A stretch of DNA of 64,000 nucleotides from Candidatus Nanopelagicales bacterium (GTDB lineage: Bacteria > Actinomycetota > Actinomycetes > S36-B12 > UBA5976), in contig DAIRCR010000002.1 in the NCBI GenBank assembly GCA_036796575.1, positions 247,122-311,121 of the forward strand, written 5' to 3'. Shown piece by piece: positions 10,568 to 20,039 of this stretch (position 1 is its first letter; every line of letters begins with the position of its first letter). The position numbers and the translations under genes are program-made. The notes beneath the pieces were generated by a model. That model was not told where the DNA came from. It saw only the letters and a program-made list of their open reading frames with translations, and made no database searches.

Positions 10568-13500
10568 TTATGAAGATGCAATCACTGATGACACCCAGGT
10601 ATTTACCCACTCAACTAGGTCAATATCGGCTGCTTGGCTAGCTGATCCAATCAGTGCGCCCTTGGGTCTAGGGACAACAATCGTACGTGTTGCAGGCTTT
10701 ATTACGGATCCTGGATACAACCGGTTTAACCTCAGCACCTTAGATTCTGGAAGCTCAACTGGGGAAAACTTCACATGGCTAGAGGTAGCAATTACTTCAG
10801 TAATCCCAACTGCCTGTAATACAACTCGCAATCTGGCGATTGAAACCAGGGTTTCAACCGGTGCTGGCATCGATCCATATCGGTCAGCTAGTTCCTCGAC
10901 TACTCCAGTTACATCTTCATTAGTTCTGGCATCAGCTAATCGACGATAAGCCTCGAGTCGAAGTCGCTCTTCTGGGACGTAACTGTGTGGCAAATGCGCA
11001 TCGACTGGCAATTCAACTTTTACAACATCTTCAATTGTTGCTATTCCGCCAGATTTAACTTCTTCTACGGCTTCGCTGACTAACCGAACATAAAGATCGA
11101 AACCAACATCTGCAATGTGGCCACTTTGCTCGCCGCCAAGTAAGTTGCCCGCGCCACGTATTTCCAGATCCTTCATCGCTACTGCCATACCCGACCCTAA
11201 ATCTGTATGGGCTGCGATCGTAGAAAGTCGATCGTGAGCATTTTCGCTCAACCGTTTATCTGGTGAGTACAAGAAATAGGCGTATCCGCGCTCTCGACTT
11301 CGACCAACACGACCACGCAACTGATGTAGTTGGGACAATCCAAATGTGTCTGCGCGATCCACGATCAAAGTGTTTGCATTTGGAATGTCTAAGCCACTTT
11401 CAATGATTGTGGTTGAAACTAGTACGTCATACTTATGTTCCCAGAAATCAATAATGATCTGTTCCAAAGTATGCTCATTCATCTGTCCATGTGCCACTGC
11501 GATTCGAGCTTCTGGAATCAACTCCGACAACTTTGCTGCAACTCGATTAATGCTTTCCACGCGATTGTGAACATAAAAGATTTGCCCATCACGAATTAGT
11601 TCGCGGTGAATTGCTGCAGTAATGAACTTCTCGTCGTAAGGTCCGACAGTAGTTAAAACTGGATGACGTTCTTCAGGTGGTGTTTGAATCGTCGACATTT
11701 CTCGCAATCCCGTGACAGCCATTTCAAGGGTTCGTGGAATTGGTGTTGCAGACATGGTAAGCATGTCAACATTTGTTCGTAGTGCTTTCAGGTGTTCTTT
11801 GTGTTCAACACCAAATCGCTGCTCTTCGTCAACAATCACTAAGCCAAGATCCTTGAATCGAACCTCTGGATTAAAAAGGCGATGCGTGCCGATAACCATG
11901 TCGATGGTGCCGTCTGTGACTCCGCTAATAACTTCACGGACTTGGGCATCGGTTTGAAACCGGGAAAGCGCGGCCAACTTAACGGGAAATTGTGCGTACC
12001 TGCGAGAAAAAGTCTCAAAGTGCTGTTGCACTAACAAAGTCGTTGGAACCAAAATCGCAACTTGCTTGCCATCTTGAACTGCTTTAAAAGCCGCACGAAC
12101 TGCAATTTCAGTTTTTCCATATCCCACATCGCCACAGACCAATCGATCCATGGGAATGTCATTTTCCATATCGCGCTTAACTTCATCGATAGTTACAAGT
12201 TGATCTGGAGTTTCAACGTATTCAAATGCATCTTCGAGTTCGCGTTGCCAAGGGCTATCCGGTGAGAAAGCAAAGCCCTTACTAGCCATCCGAGCGGCAT
12301 ACAGTCGGATAAGTTCGCCAGCAATCTGCCGAACCGCTCGACGAGCTCGCGATTTAGTTGCTGCCCAATCTCCGCCACCGAGTCGATTGAGCGAAGGTGC
12401 TTCGCCACCAACGTATCTAGTGACTTGATCTAGCTGGTCACTTGGCACATAAAGTCGATCCCCGCGTTGACCTCGTTTACTTGCTGCGTATTCGATAACT
12501 AAATACTCCCGAGTTGCATTTGCAACTGTGCGCTGTGACATCTCGATGTACTTACCAACGCCATGTTGTTCGTGGACTACGAAGTCGCCACTCTTGAGGG
12601 TCAATGGATCAATAACGACTCGTCGCTTACTTGGTAACGACCTATTTTCTTTGGAAGCATCACGGCTGCCAAACAAATCAACTTCAGTCACCAGAACTAA
12701 TCCGGCAGATTTAACTTGAATGCCAAATTCTTGATGACCAACGGTTACTTCAATGACTTCATCTTTTAGATCCGCCGTGAGTTCGTCAGTTTGTCGGGCT
12801 GGAATTCCTAACTCCATCAAAGTCGCAACCAAGCGCTCTGTTGAACCATGGCCTGCCATAGAAACTGCGACTCGAGAACCGGCTTTCCACCAAGTTCGAA
12901 TGTCGGTAACGAACTCTTCAATTTTGGATCGGTAACTCGGGGTTGCTTCAACATCTGGTGATTCGTCTAGCGGTCCAGCCAAGGTTGTTAGGCCCAGCCA
13001 AGCGTGCGAATTACTGTCATATCGAAGTTCTCGATAATCCCGAAAGGCGCTGGCTTCAAGATCGATTGGTGAGACATTGCCTACGGTGGCATTGCTCCAT
13101 GATGCTTCCAAAAACTCCGCACTAGTTGATACCAATTCATGAGCTCTAGTTTCTAGACGTTCTGGTTCTGCCTCAATGATTACTGCCTTGGAATCGATTA
13201 CATCGATAAGCATTTCCAGTTTTGGAACCAATACTGGGATCAAACTTTCCATGCCTTCGGCTGCAATTCCGGCGCCAATCTTTTCTAACATCTCTGATAG
13301 CTCTGGATGTGCACCAATCATGCTTGCCGCTTTTGCAGCCACATCTTCAGTAATCAAAAGCTCTCGACAAGCTGTCGCAAAAATCTCATCTATTGCAATT
13401 CCCAAGGAGCGTTGATCTGCAATCGAGAATGAGCGTATCTCTTCTACCGTGTCGCCCCAGAACTCAACGCGCAACGGGTGTTCCAAGGCTGGTGGAAAGA

Positions 13501-14050
13501 GATCAACAATTCCACCACGCACGGCAAACTGTCCACGTCGATCAACTAAATCAACGCGATCAAATCCCAATCGAGACAGTTCTGAAACTAGTTTTTCAAG
13601 TGGGAATTCATCTCCAGTTGAGATTTTTAGCGCCGGGACATTACCGAGGCCGGCAACTATGGGTTGTATGAATGCTCGGGCGCTTGTTACCAATACAGAG
13701 ATGGGTGCTACTTCATTGGGATGTGCCAGTCTTCGCAGGACTGCCATGCGCCTACCAACAGTGTCACTGCTTGGACTTAGTCGCTCATGCGGCAGAGTTT
13801 CCCAGGCTGGAAACACCGCGATGTTTTCTTCCGGCACAAAATCAGTGAGTGAGTTAGCTAAATCTTGAGCAGCTCTTTCCGTGGCCGCAATCAAAACCAC
13901 TGGACGGATTTTGGCTACGGTTGCACTCACGTATGGGATTGCGCTTTTGGGTACTGCTAACCGAACTTTAAGTCCAGAATCTAAATCTGATAGTGCACCT
14001 TGAACGATCTGGTCTTTAGCGATGGCATCACTAATCAACTGAAGAGTCAT
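10568..14050 (-). CDS. mfd: transcription-repair coupling factor
   Basis: 1160 aa with SF2 helicase motifs GDVGYGKTE and DEEQRFGV, a CarD-like domain (FVVHEQHGVGKY) and a TRCF C-terminal domain. Confidence 0.97.
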   Translation of the reverse strand: MTLQLISDAIAKDQIVQGALSDLDSGLKVRLAVPKSAIPYVSATVAKIRPVVLIAATERAAQDLANSLTDFVPEENIAVFPAWETLPHERLSPSSDTVGRRMAVLRRLAHPNEVAPISVLVTSARAFIQPIVAGLGNVPALKISTGDEFPLEKLVSELSRLGFDRVDLVDRRGQFAVRGGIVDLFPPALEHPLRVEFWGDTVEEIRSFSIADQRSLGIAIDEIFATACRELLITEDVAAKAASMIGAHPELSEMLEKIGAGIAAEGMESLIPVLVPKLEMLIDVIDSKAVIIEAEPERLETRAHELVSTSAEFLEASWSNATVGNVSPIDLEASAFRDYRELRYDSNSHAWLGLTTLAGPLDESPDVEATPSYRSKIEEFVTDIRTWWKAGSRVAVSMAGHGSTERLVATLMELGIPARQTDELTADLKDEVIEVTVGHQEFGIQVKSAGLVLVTEVDLFGSRDASKENRSLPSKRRVVIDPLTLKSGDFVVHEQHGVGKYIEMSQRTVANATREYLVIEYAASKRGQRGDRLYVPSDQLDQVTRYVGGEAPSLNRLGGGDWAATKSRARRAVRQIAGELIRLYAARMASKGFAFSPDSPWQRELEDAFEYVETPDQLVTIDEVKRDMENDIPMDRLVCGDVGYGKTEIAVRAAFKAVQDGKQVAILVPTTLLVQQHFETFSRRYAQFPVKLAALSRFQTDAQVREVISGVTDGTIDMVIGTHRLFNPEVRFKDLGLVIVDEEQRFGVEHKEHLKALRTNVDMLTMSATPIPRTLEMAVTGLREMSTIQTPPEERHPVLTTVGPYDEKFITAAIHRELIRDGQIFYVHNRVESINRVAAKLSELIPEARIAVAHGQMNEHTLEQIIIDFWEHKYDVLVSTTIIESGLDIPNANTLIVDRADTFGLSQLHQLRGRVGRSRERGYAYFLYSPDKRLSENAHDRLSTIAAHTDLGSGMAVAMKDLEIRGAGNLLGGEQSGHIADVGFDLYVRLVSEAVEEVKSGGIATIEDVVKVELPVDAHLPHSYVPEERLRLEAYRRLADARTNEDVTGVVEELADRYGSMPAPVETLVSIARLRVVLQAVGITEVIATSSHVKFSPVELPESKVLRLNRLYPGSVIKPATRTIVVPRPKGALIGSASQAADIDLVEWVNTWVSSVIASS

Positions 14051-14853
14051 CTGGTTTCCAGTGCGTCAACAATGGTTGCCGTTAAATCTGGGCGACAAAT
14101 CAAAATGTCTTTTACCTTCAAGTCAACTTTGTTTAATTCAATTGGCTTACCGCTGCAATCGGAAACTGAAAGTCCGTTGTGAACTGCGATTCCTAGCGGC
14201 GCGGCTAAGTCCCATTCATAAAATCCACCAGAGTTGAAGTAGACGTCTGCGATATCAGCCAAGATTGCGCTCACTTTTGCACCAACTGATCCCATTGGGA
14301 TTACTTCGACGCGGCCTCGTTCTGGAAACATTGCTTCGAGTTTTTTGATTACTGCCGGAATTTCGCGAGGTGGACGACTTCGGGATACCAGGATTCGAAT
14401 TGGTGCGCCCGTTGATTTACAAGTCTGGGCCAGTTCGTCCATTGACCAAAGTTCATTTCGCGCTGGAACAGCAACGCTGGCAACAGATATCTGGCCCTCA
14501 TTCTGAGAGCCGGCTTCCCAAAGTGCAATGTGTACTGCGAAATCTTCACCGCCACTTGAGTATTGCGCAGTGCCATCTAGTGGGTCAATAATCCAGACCC
14601 GCTCAGCATTAAGCCGAGCAACTTCTAAGTCACCTTCTTCGCTTAGTACAACATCGTTTGGGCGATGAGTGGAAAACTGTTCCATTAAGTAGTCATGGGC
14701 AACCCGGTCTCCTTCACTGCCGAGCACCTCTTCAGCTAAAACTGAGTGCGTCTCATCTTCGCCAGCTGACAAACTTGCCGCATGGTTGCGCAAGCCCAAA
14801 AGTAAGGTTCCAGTTTCGCGGGCGAGTTTGCGAGCTAACTCATGATCATTCAT
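14047..14853 (-). CDS. inositol monophosphatase family enzyme, CysQ-like 3'(2'),5'-bisphosphate nucleotidase
   Basis: IMPase motifs LSEEG and WIIDPLDGT are present. 268 aa. It has 4-nt overlaps with both pth (upstream) and mfd (downstream). Confidence 0.8.
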   Translation of the reverse strand: MNDHELARKLARETGTLLLGLRNHAASLSAGEDETHSVLAEEVLGSEGDRVAHDYLMEQFSTHRPNDVVLSEEGDLEVARLNAERVWIIDPLDGTAQYSSGGEDFAVHIALWEAGSQNEGQISVASVAVPARNELWSMDELAQTCKSTGAPIRILVSRSRPPREIPAVIKKLEAMFPERGRVEVIPMGSVGAKVSAILADIADVYFNSGGFYEWDLAAPLGIAVHNGLSVSDCSGKPIELNKVDLKVKDILICRPDLTATIVDALETR

Positions 14854-15428
14854 GAGTTGTATAGATTCTGCGTTTCGATCAATCCCTTTGTAATAAGGGC
14901 CGAAACTGCTTCACACCCTTGGGTCCTTAAGATTTCAACTTCAGCACTTTCAGCACTGCCAAAGTTTCGCAACACAAAATCTGCTGGATCTTGTAGACCT
15001 GGTGGTCGGCCAATACCTAGGCGAACCCGGAACCAATCTCCGCTTCCCATTGCGGAACGGATTGATTTCAACCCATTGTGTCCGTTATCTCCGCCACCAA
15101 GTTTTACCCGAATTGCTGCAAGTGGGATATCTAGTTCATCGTGCAGAACAATGATTTGCTCGGGATCTACTTTGTAAAACTTTGCCAGCGCTTTTACTGG
15201 TCCACCAGATTCATTCATATACGAAAGCGGTTTAACTAAAACTACTTGTGCGCCACCAATGCGAGTTTCGCAAACATCAGCCAGCGCTCTTTTGTGTCTG
15301 GTTAATTTCTCCGAATTCTGAGAAACCATTTCATCGATAACCATGGCACCGATGTTGTGGCGCGTAGATGCGTAAGTGGGACCCGGGTTACCGAGTCCCA
15401 CTACAAGCCACGCACCGTTATCTGACAC
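14850..15428 (-). CDS. pth: peptidyl-tRNA hydrolase
   Basis: N-terminal motif LVVGLGNPGPTYASTRHNIG is present. I chose the GTG at 15428, 4 nt after the L25 stop. The 255-aa track ORF extends into the L25 coding region in another frame. Confidence 0.9.
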   Translation of the reverse strand: MSDNGAWLVVGLGNPGPTYASTRHNIGAMVIDEMVSQNSEKLTRHKRALADVCETRIGGAQVVLVKPLSYMNESGGPVKALAKFYKVDPEQIIVLHDELDIPLAAIRVKLGGGDNGHNGLKSIRSAMGSGDWFRVRLGIGRPPGLQDPADFVLRNFGSAESAEVEILRTQGCEAVSALITKGLIETQNLYNS

Positions 15429-15432
15429 GGTC

Positions 15433-15921
15433 TTACTCTGCAGATTCCTCTGCAGGTGCATTGCTGCTGGCGCTATCGCTGCTGCCAGATTCTGCTCCTG
15501 CTCCAGCTGCATCGCTAGCAGCATCAGCTTCAGCGCGAGCGGCCGCCTTTGTCTCTGCATGTGCGATTGCTGCAGCTGCATCTGCTTCTTGACGAGCATG
15601 TGTTTCAGCGGCTTCACGAGCCAATGCTGCAGCTTCAGCAGCTGTTACATAAACCAAGTCAACATGTTCGATACCACGGGTTACTGGATCAATCTGAAGG
15701 TCGCGTGGTGCAACGGTTTCAGTTTTTCCGTTAAGAACGATTTCTAGAGAAGTTACTTTCTTACGAAGTGTAAGTCTCAAGGTATGTGCATCAAATGCAA
15801 CGTGGATTGGAGCAATTCCGTGCCCGTAAACCACTGCTGGAACTTTGCCGTCACGGCGAAGGCGACGTGCTGCGCCTTTACCAAAATCTGAACGGGCTTC
15901 TGCGACTAATGCGTCACTCAT
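15433..15921 (-). CDS. rplY: 50S ribosomal protein L25 / general stress protein Ctc
   Basis: RRLRRDGKVPAVVYGHG at the N-terminus, followed by a long Ala/Glu/Ser-rich low-complexity C-terminal tail. Confidence 0.92.
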   Translation of the reverse strand: MSDALVAEARSDFGKGAARRLRRDGKVPAVVYGHGIAPIHVAFDAHTLRLTLRKKVTSLEIVLNGKTETVAPRDLQIDPVTRGIEHVDLVYVTAAEAAALAREAAETHARQEADAAAAIAHAETKAAARAEADAASDAAGAGAESGSSDSASSNAPAEESAE

Positions 15922-16092
15922 TTGTTTCTCCTCGAATTAGGTCATTTATGGATAGCTCCACAACGGACCTTCGTCGATTACGGCTTTTTAGGGCCCTCGC
16001 CGAGGAGCATCCCTAGGTTAGCCCAGGACCGTACCCAAGGCCAAAACTAGCCAGATTACTTACCTAAAAAGACCTTGAATTAGCCGTAGTTC

Positions 16093-17073
16093 TTAGACTC
16101 CGACGTGGTCGAACAAACTGGCAACCGAACCTTCGTCAAATACTTCTTTGATGGCTCGAGCCAGCAATGGCGCAATCGGCAGGATTGTCAGATTCTGGAA
16201 TTGATTTTCCGGTGGAATCGGAAGTGTGTCAGTCACGATCACTTCGCGAATACCTGAATCCTGCAAACGCTGGGCAGCAGGTGAGGAGAAAATACCGTGA
16301 GTCGCCGTCACGATTACATCGGATGCACCATTTTCAAACAATGCTTCAGAAGCCTTAACGATGGTGCCACCAGTATCGATCATGTCGTCAACTACAACGC
16401 AGATGCGACCCTTGACGTCACCAACTACTTCAAGGACCTTGGCTTCGTTTGGCACATCTGGATCGCGACGCTTGTGCATGATCGCAAGTGGTGCGCTCAA
16501 GATGTCAGTCCAACGTTCAGCCACACGCACACGACCAGCATCTGGAGATACGACGGTGATCTTGTCGCGATCAACCGTGCGACCTACGTGTGCGGCAAGA
16601 ATCGGAAGTGCAAACAAGTGATCAACTGGTCCGTCAAAGAAACCTTGAATCTGAGCAGTATGAAGATCCACACTCATCAAACGATCCGCTCCGGCAGTTG
16701 CGAATAGATCTGCCATCAAACGCGCTGAGATCGGTTCGCGACCTGCATGCTTCTTGTCTTGGCGAGCGTAACCATAAAACGGAGCCACAACTGTGATTCG
16801 CTTAGCTGAAGCGCGCTTTAGCGCATCAACCATAAGCAAGTGCTCCATGATCCATTCGTTAACAGGAGCAGTGTGCGTTTGAAGTACGAAGACGTCGCAA
16901 CCACGAATGGATTCTTCGAAGCGAACAAAGATCTCGCCATTTGCAAAGTTGTAAGCACGAGTAGGAACTAGTTCAACACCAAGGTTGTCAGCGACGGCTT
17001 GTGCGAGTTCAGGATGTGACCGGCCTGCGATAAGTACCATCCGCTTTGCATTGTTCTGCGTGATGCCAGTCAT
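16093..17073 (-). CDS. prs: ribose-phosphate pyrophosphokinase
   Basis: DLHTAQIQGFF and the PRPP-binding loop VVDDMIDTGGT are present. 326 aa. Confidence 0.96.
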   Translation of the reverse strand: MTGITQNNAKRMVLIAGRSHPELAQAVADNLGVELVPTRAYNFANGEIFVRFEESIRGCDVFVLQTHTAPVNEWIMEHLLMVDALKRASAKRITVVAPFYGYARQDKKHAGREPISARLMADLFATAGADRLMSVDLHTAQIQGFFDGPVDHLFALPILAAHVGRTVDRDKITVVSPDAGRVRVAERWTDILSAPLAIMHKRRDPDVPNEAKVLEVVGDVKGRICVVVDDMIDTGGTIVKASEALFENGASDVIVTATHGIFSSPAAQRLQDSGIREVIVTDTLPIPPENQFQNLTILPIAPLLARAIKEVFDEGSVASLFDHVGV

Positions 17074-17083
17074 CTAGTTTCCT

Positions 17084-18529
17084 TTACTTGGAGTTCTTAT
17101 GGGATGAGTCTGCCAGTGCGGCCTTGGCCGAGTCGCTACCGGGTCTGCGTCTAAGCACCCAATCGACAATGTTGCGCTGGCGAGCCCGCCCAACAGCCAT
17201 TGATCCAGCAGGAACATCTTCAGTAATAACCGAACCAGCAGCTGTGTAGGCACCGTCACCAATTACCAATGGGGCAACCAACATAGTGTCGCTGCCAATT
17301 CGAACGTGGTCACCAACTTGAGTGTGGTGCTTTTCTTGGCCGTCGTAGTTCACAAAGACTGTGGCCGCCCCAATGTTGGTACCTTCACCAATCGTGGCAT
17401 CGCCAACATAAGAAAGGTGTGGCACTTTGGCATTCACGCCAAGGTTTGCATTCTTCATCTCTACGAAGCCACCGGCTTTAGCACCAGCACCAAGCACTGT
17501 TCCCGGGCGAAGGTAGGTGTACGGGCCAACATTTGCGCCTTCACCAATCACTGCGCCATTTGAAGTTGTTCGAATCACAGTTGCGCAATGATTTGCAATG
17601 GTGTCGTGCAATGAACAGTCAGGGCCAATAGTTGCGCCACCCCGAATTGTGCTTGCGCCAGTGATTGAGACATTAGACAAAAGTGTTACATCAGATTCAA
17701 GTACTGCAGTGCGATCAATCCAAACTGAATTTGGATCCACCATGGTTACACCTGCCAGCATCCATTCATTGTTGATGCGGTTTCGCAGTATTGCGCCAGC
17801 ATCAGCAAGTTGGCGACGGTCGTTCACTCCAAGGATGTTTTCTTCTGAAGTTGCAACTGCCGAAACTTCATGGCCTTCGCTTCGCAAGAGACCTAGAACA
17901 TCAGTTAAGTACTGCTCGCCTTGCGAATTATCTGTCGTTATCTTTGTGAGGCTCTCGCTCAGCAATTTGGCATCAAATGCATAGACTCCGGAATTAACTT
18001 CAGTGATGAGTATTTCTGAATCAGTTGCATCTCGGTGTTCTACGATTTTTTCAAAACCGTTACTAGAGTTGCGAACGATACGACCATAACCAGTTGCATC
18101 GGTCAGATGCGCTGTCAAAACTGAAGCTGCTTTGCCCGCAAGCGCATCAAGCGTTAGTTGCATGTCCGAAGTGGTCAGAAGTGGGGTGTCACCCGCAAGA
18201 ACTAAAACAGGTCCAGTTAGTTCGCCTATTGCCTCCAGCGCAATCTTGACTGCATGGCCAGTGCCATTTTGCTCATCTTGCACAGCAGTAACTATTGCTG
18301 GATGTGCATTAGCTAAATGATCTTGAACTTGATCTCGGCCGTGGCCAACGATTACCAAAGTTTTTTTACTGTTTAAATCTGAGGCGGCAGCAAGCACGTG
18401 ATCTAACAGCGTCAAGCCCAACACTTCATGGAGAACTTTTGGTTTTGTGGATTTCATTCGGGTGCCAGAGCCAGCAGCCAGGACAATAACTGCGGTGGGC
18501 TGAGAAGTTTGCGCGCCCGTTGATTTCAC
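17084..18529 (-). CDS. glmU: bifunctional UDP-N-acetylglucosamine pyrophosphorylase / glucosamine-1-phosphate N-acetyltransferase
   Basis: LAAGSGTRMKS nucleotidyltransferase loop, with a C-terminal left-handed beta-helix of hexapeptide repeats. 481 aa. Confidence 0.96.
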   Translation of the reverse strand: MKSTGAQTSQPTAVIVLAAGSGTRMKSTKPKVLHEVLGLTLLDHVLAAASDLNSKKTLVIVGHGRDQVQDHLANAHPAIVTAVQDEQNGTGHAVKIALEAIGELTGPVLVLAGDTPLLTTSDMQLTLDALAGKAASVLTAHLTDATGYGRIVRNSSNGFEKIVEHRDATDSEILITEVNSGVYAFDAKLLSESLTKITTDNSQGEQYLTDVLGLLRSEGHEVSAVATSEENILGVNDRRQLADAGAILRNRINNEWMLAGVTMVDPNSVWIDRTAVLESDVTLLSNVSITGASTIRGGATIGPDCSLHDTIANHCATVIRTTSNGAVIGEGANVGPYTYLRPGTVLGAGAKAGGFVEMKNANLGVNAKVPHLSYVGDATIGEGTNIGAATVFVNYDGQEKHHTQVGDHVRIGSDTMLVAPLVIGDGAYTAAGSVITEDVPAGSMAVGRARQRNIVDWVLRRRPGSDSAKAALADSSHKNSK

Positions 18530-18555
18530 ATACTTAGTTTACTGTTTCGAACTTG

Positions 18556-18626
18556 CTCCCGGACGTGGATTCGAACCACGATAAGCACCTCCAAAGAGTG
18601 CTGTCCTGCCATTAGACGATCCGGGA
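18556..18626 (-). tRNA. tRNA-Gln (anticodon UUG)
   Basis: Minus-strand sequence is TCCCGGA-TC-GTC-TAATGGCA-GGAC-A-GCACT-CTTTGGA-GGTGC-TTAT-CGTGG-TTCGAAT-CCACG-TCCGGGA-G. It has a U1:A72 pair and G73, typical of tRNA-Gln. CCA is not encoded. Confidence 0.9.
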
Positions 18627-18794
18627 ATACTGACCTCGGTATCCCTTGGCCTGCTTGCAAATCTTATTCTCCAATGGGCAAGATTCCCAAAACGAATAGG
18701 GTTTGGCACACTTCAGTGCCCATTTACGCAAGCGCAAGCGACCAATTGTGCAAGCGGTATCCTAAATGCGAGTACATCAGACAAAGGAATTTCT

Positions 18795-19490
18795 GTGGCA
18801 ATCACACACGATCACGAAAACGACCTGGATTTATCCGGACGTTCCCGCGTGTCTGATGCTGACCGAGTTCGCATGACAGGCCATGAACGCCGGGCCCAGC
18901 TTGTTGAAGTTGGCCGCATGCTTTTTGCGGAAAAGGGTTTTGAATCTGTAACCGTTGAAGAAATTGCTCATACTGCAAATGTTTCAAAGCCGGTTGTTTA
19001 CGAACACTTCGGATCTAAAGATGGTCTGTACGCAGTAGTCGTCGATCGTGAAATGACTTACTTACTTAACTCAATCACCAAGGCTTTGACTGCGGTCCAC
19101 CCACGATTGCTGTTGGAACAAACCGCTTGCGCGCTATTTGATTACATCGAATCCAATACCGATGGATTCCGGATCTTGTTACGCGACTCTCCTGCTGCCT
19201 CATCTTCAACTACGCCGACCGGTAGCTTTGCTTCGTTGTTGTCTGATGTAGCACAGCGTGTAGAAGAATTGCTTTCAAAAGAATTCAAGTTACGTGGCTT
19301 TCCATTCCAGATGGCACCGATGTACGCGCACATGTTCGTAGGAATGGTTGCATTAACTGGTCAATGGTGGCTAGATGAACGCGATACTCCAAAAGACGAA
19401 GTTATTGCACACCTCGTTAACTTGGTTTGGAATGGTGCAGTGGGACTAGAAATCAATCCACGTTTGATTAGCCAAAGAAGTGAAAGTTAA
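18795..19490 (+). CDS. TetR family transcriptional regulator
   Basis: N-terminal HTH VTVEEIAHTANVSKPVVYEHFGSKDGLY is present. The start is uncertain (GTG at 18795 versus an internal ATG about 26 codons later). Confidence 0.85.
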   Translation: MAITHDHENDLDLSGRSRVSDADRVRMTGHERRAQLVEVGRMLFAEKGFESVTVEEIAHTANVSKPVVYEHFGSKDGLYAVVVDREMTYLLNSITKALTAVHPRLLLEQTACALFDYIESNTDGFRILLRDSPAASSSTTPTGSFASLLSDVAQRVEELLSKEFKLRGFPFQMAPMYAHMFVGMVALTGQWWLDERDTPKDEVIAHLVNLVWNGAVGLEINPRLISQRSES

Positions 19491-19505
19491 GTTTTCTAAC
19501 TGTTA

Positions 19506-20021
19506 CTAGTTTTCTAGGCCTAGTGATTCTTCATCAAATGGCAAGACAATATCCCGTAAAACATTTGCTAACTTTTCCCGATCTGCTTTTGAGATGGTAG
19601 CTAGTAGCGATTTTTCTCGAGTCAACAACTCCTCAAGTGCACGATCTACTGCGGTCTTGCCGGCTTGGGTTAGTTGTACTAACACACCACGGCCATCAGT
19701 TGGATCTGGCATGCGAGCAACCAAGTTCTTTGATTCAAGTCGATCGATTCGGTTAGTCATAGTTCCGCTGGTAACTAGATTCTGAGAAATCAAAGCAGAT
19801 GGAGTTAGTGCGTATGGTTTTCCGGTTCTGCGTAACGCAGCCAGTACATCAAATTCACCTGGCTCTAAATCGTTAGCCGCGAAAGCTTCACGTCTTGCGA
19901 TATCGAGGTGACGAGCAAGTCTGGAAACTCGACTCAGAACTTGTAGTGGAGCAACATCGAGATCAGGGCGTTCTTGCTGCCAAGCATCGACAATGCGGTC
20001 GACTTCATCTGGTGTGCTCAT
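19506..20021 (-). CDS. MarR family transcriptional regulator
   Basis: 171 aa with a winged-helix region (FDVLAALRRTGKPYALTPSALISQNLVTSGTMTNRIDRLESKNLV). Confidence 0.85.
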   Translation of the reverse strand: MSTPDEVDRIVDAWQQERPDLDVAPLQVLSRVSRLARHLDIARREAFAANDLEPGEFDVLAALRRTGKPYALTPSALISQNLVTSGTMTNRIDRLESKNLVARMPDPTDGRGVLVQLTQAGKTAVDRALEELLTREKSLLATISKADREKLANVLRDIVLPFDEESLGLEN

Positions 20022-20039
20022 CTAAGAGAGTCTAGGAGA

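Noticed and set aside
14850-15617. 255-aa ORF giving Pth a 63-residue N-terminal extension (MKPLKHMLVKKQMQLQQ...)
   Set aside because: The extension runs out of frame through the low-complexity 3' end of the L25 gene. The conserved Pth N-terminus (LVVGLGNPG) begins just after the GTG at 15428, which sits 4 nt past the L25 stop.
15368-15747. Plus-strand Ala/Ser/Cys-rich ORFs antisense to rplY/pth
   Set aside because: They are generated by the GC-rich, Ala-codon-rich repeat region of the L25 tail. They are low-complexity shadows.
15922-16092. 171-nt spacer upstream of rplY as a possible ribosomal-protein leader or prs terminator
   Set aside because: Only a small CCTC-GCC-GAGG hairpin was seen, with no convincing conserved structure or U-run. 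It cannot be supported without comparative data.
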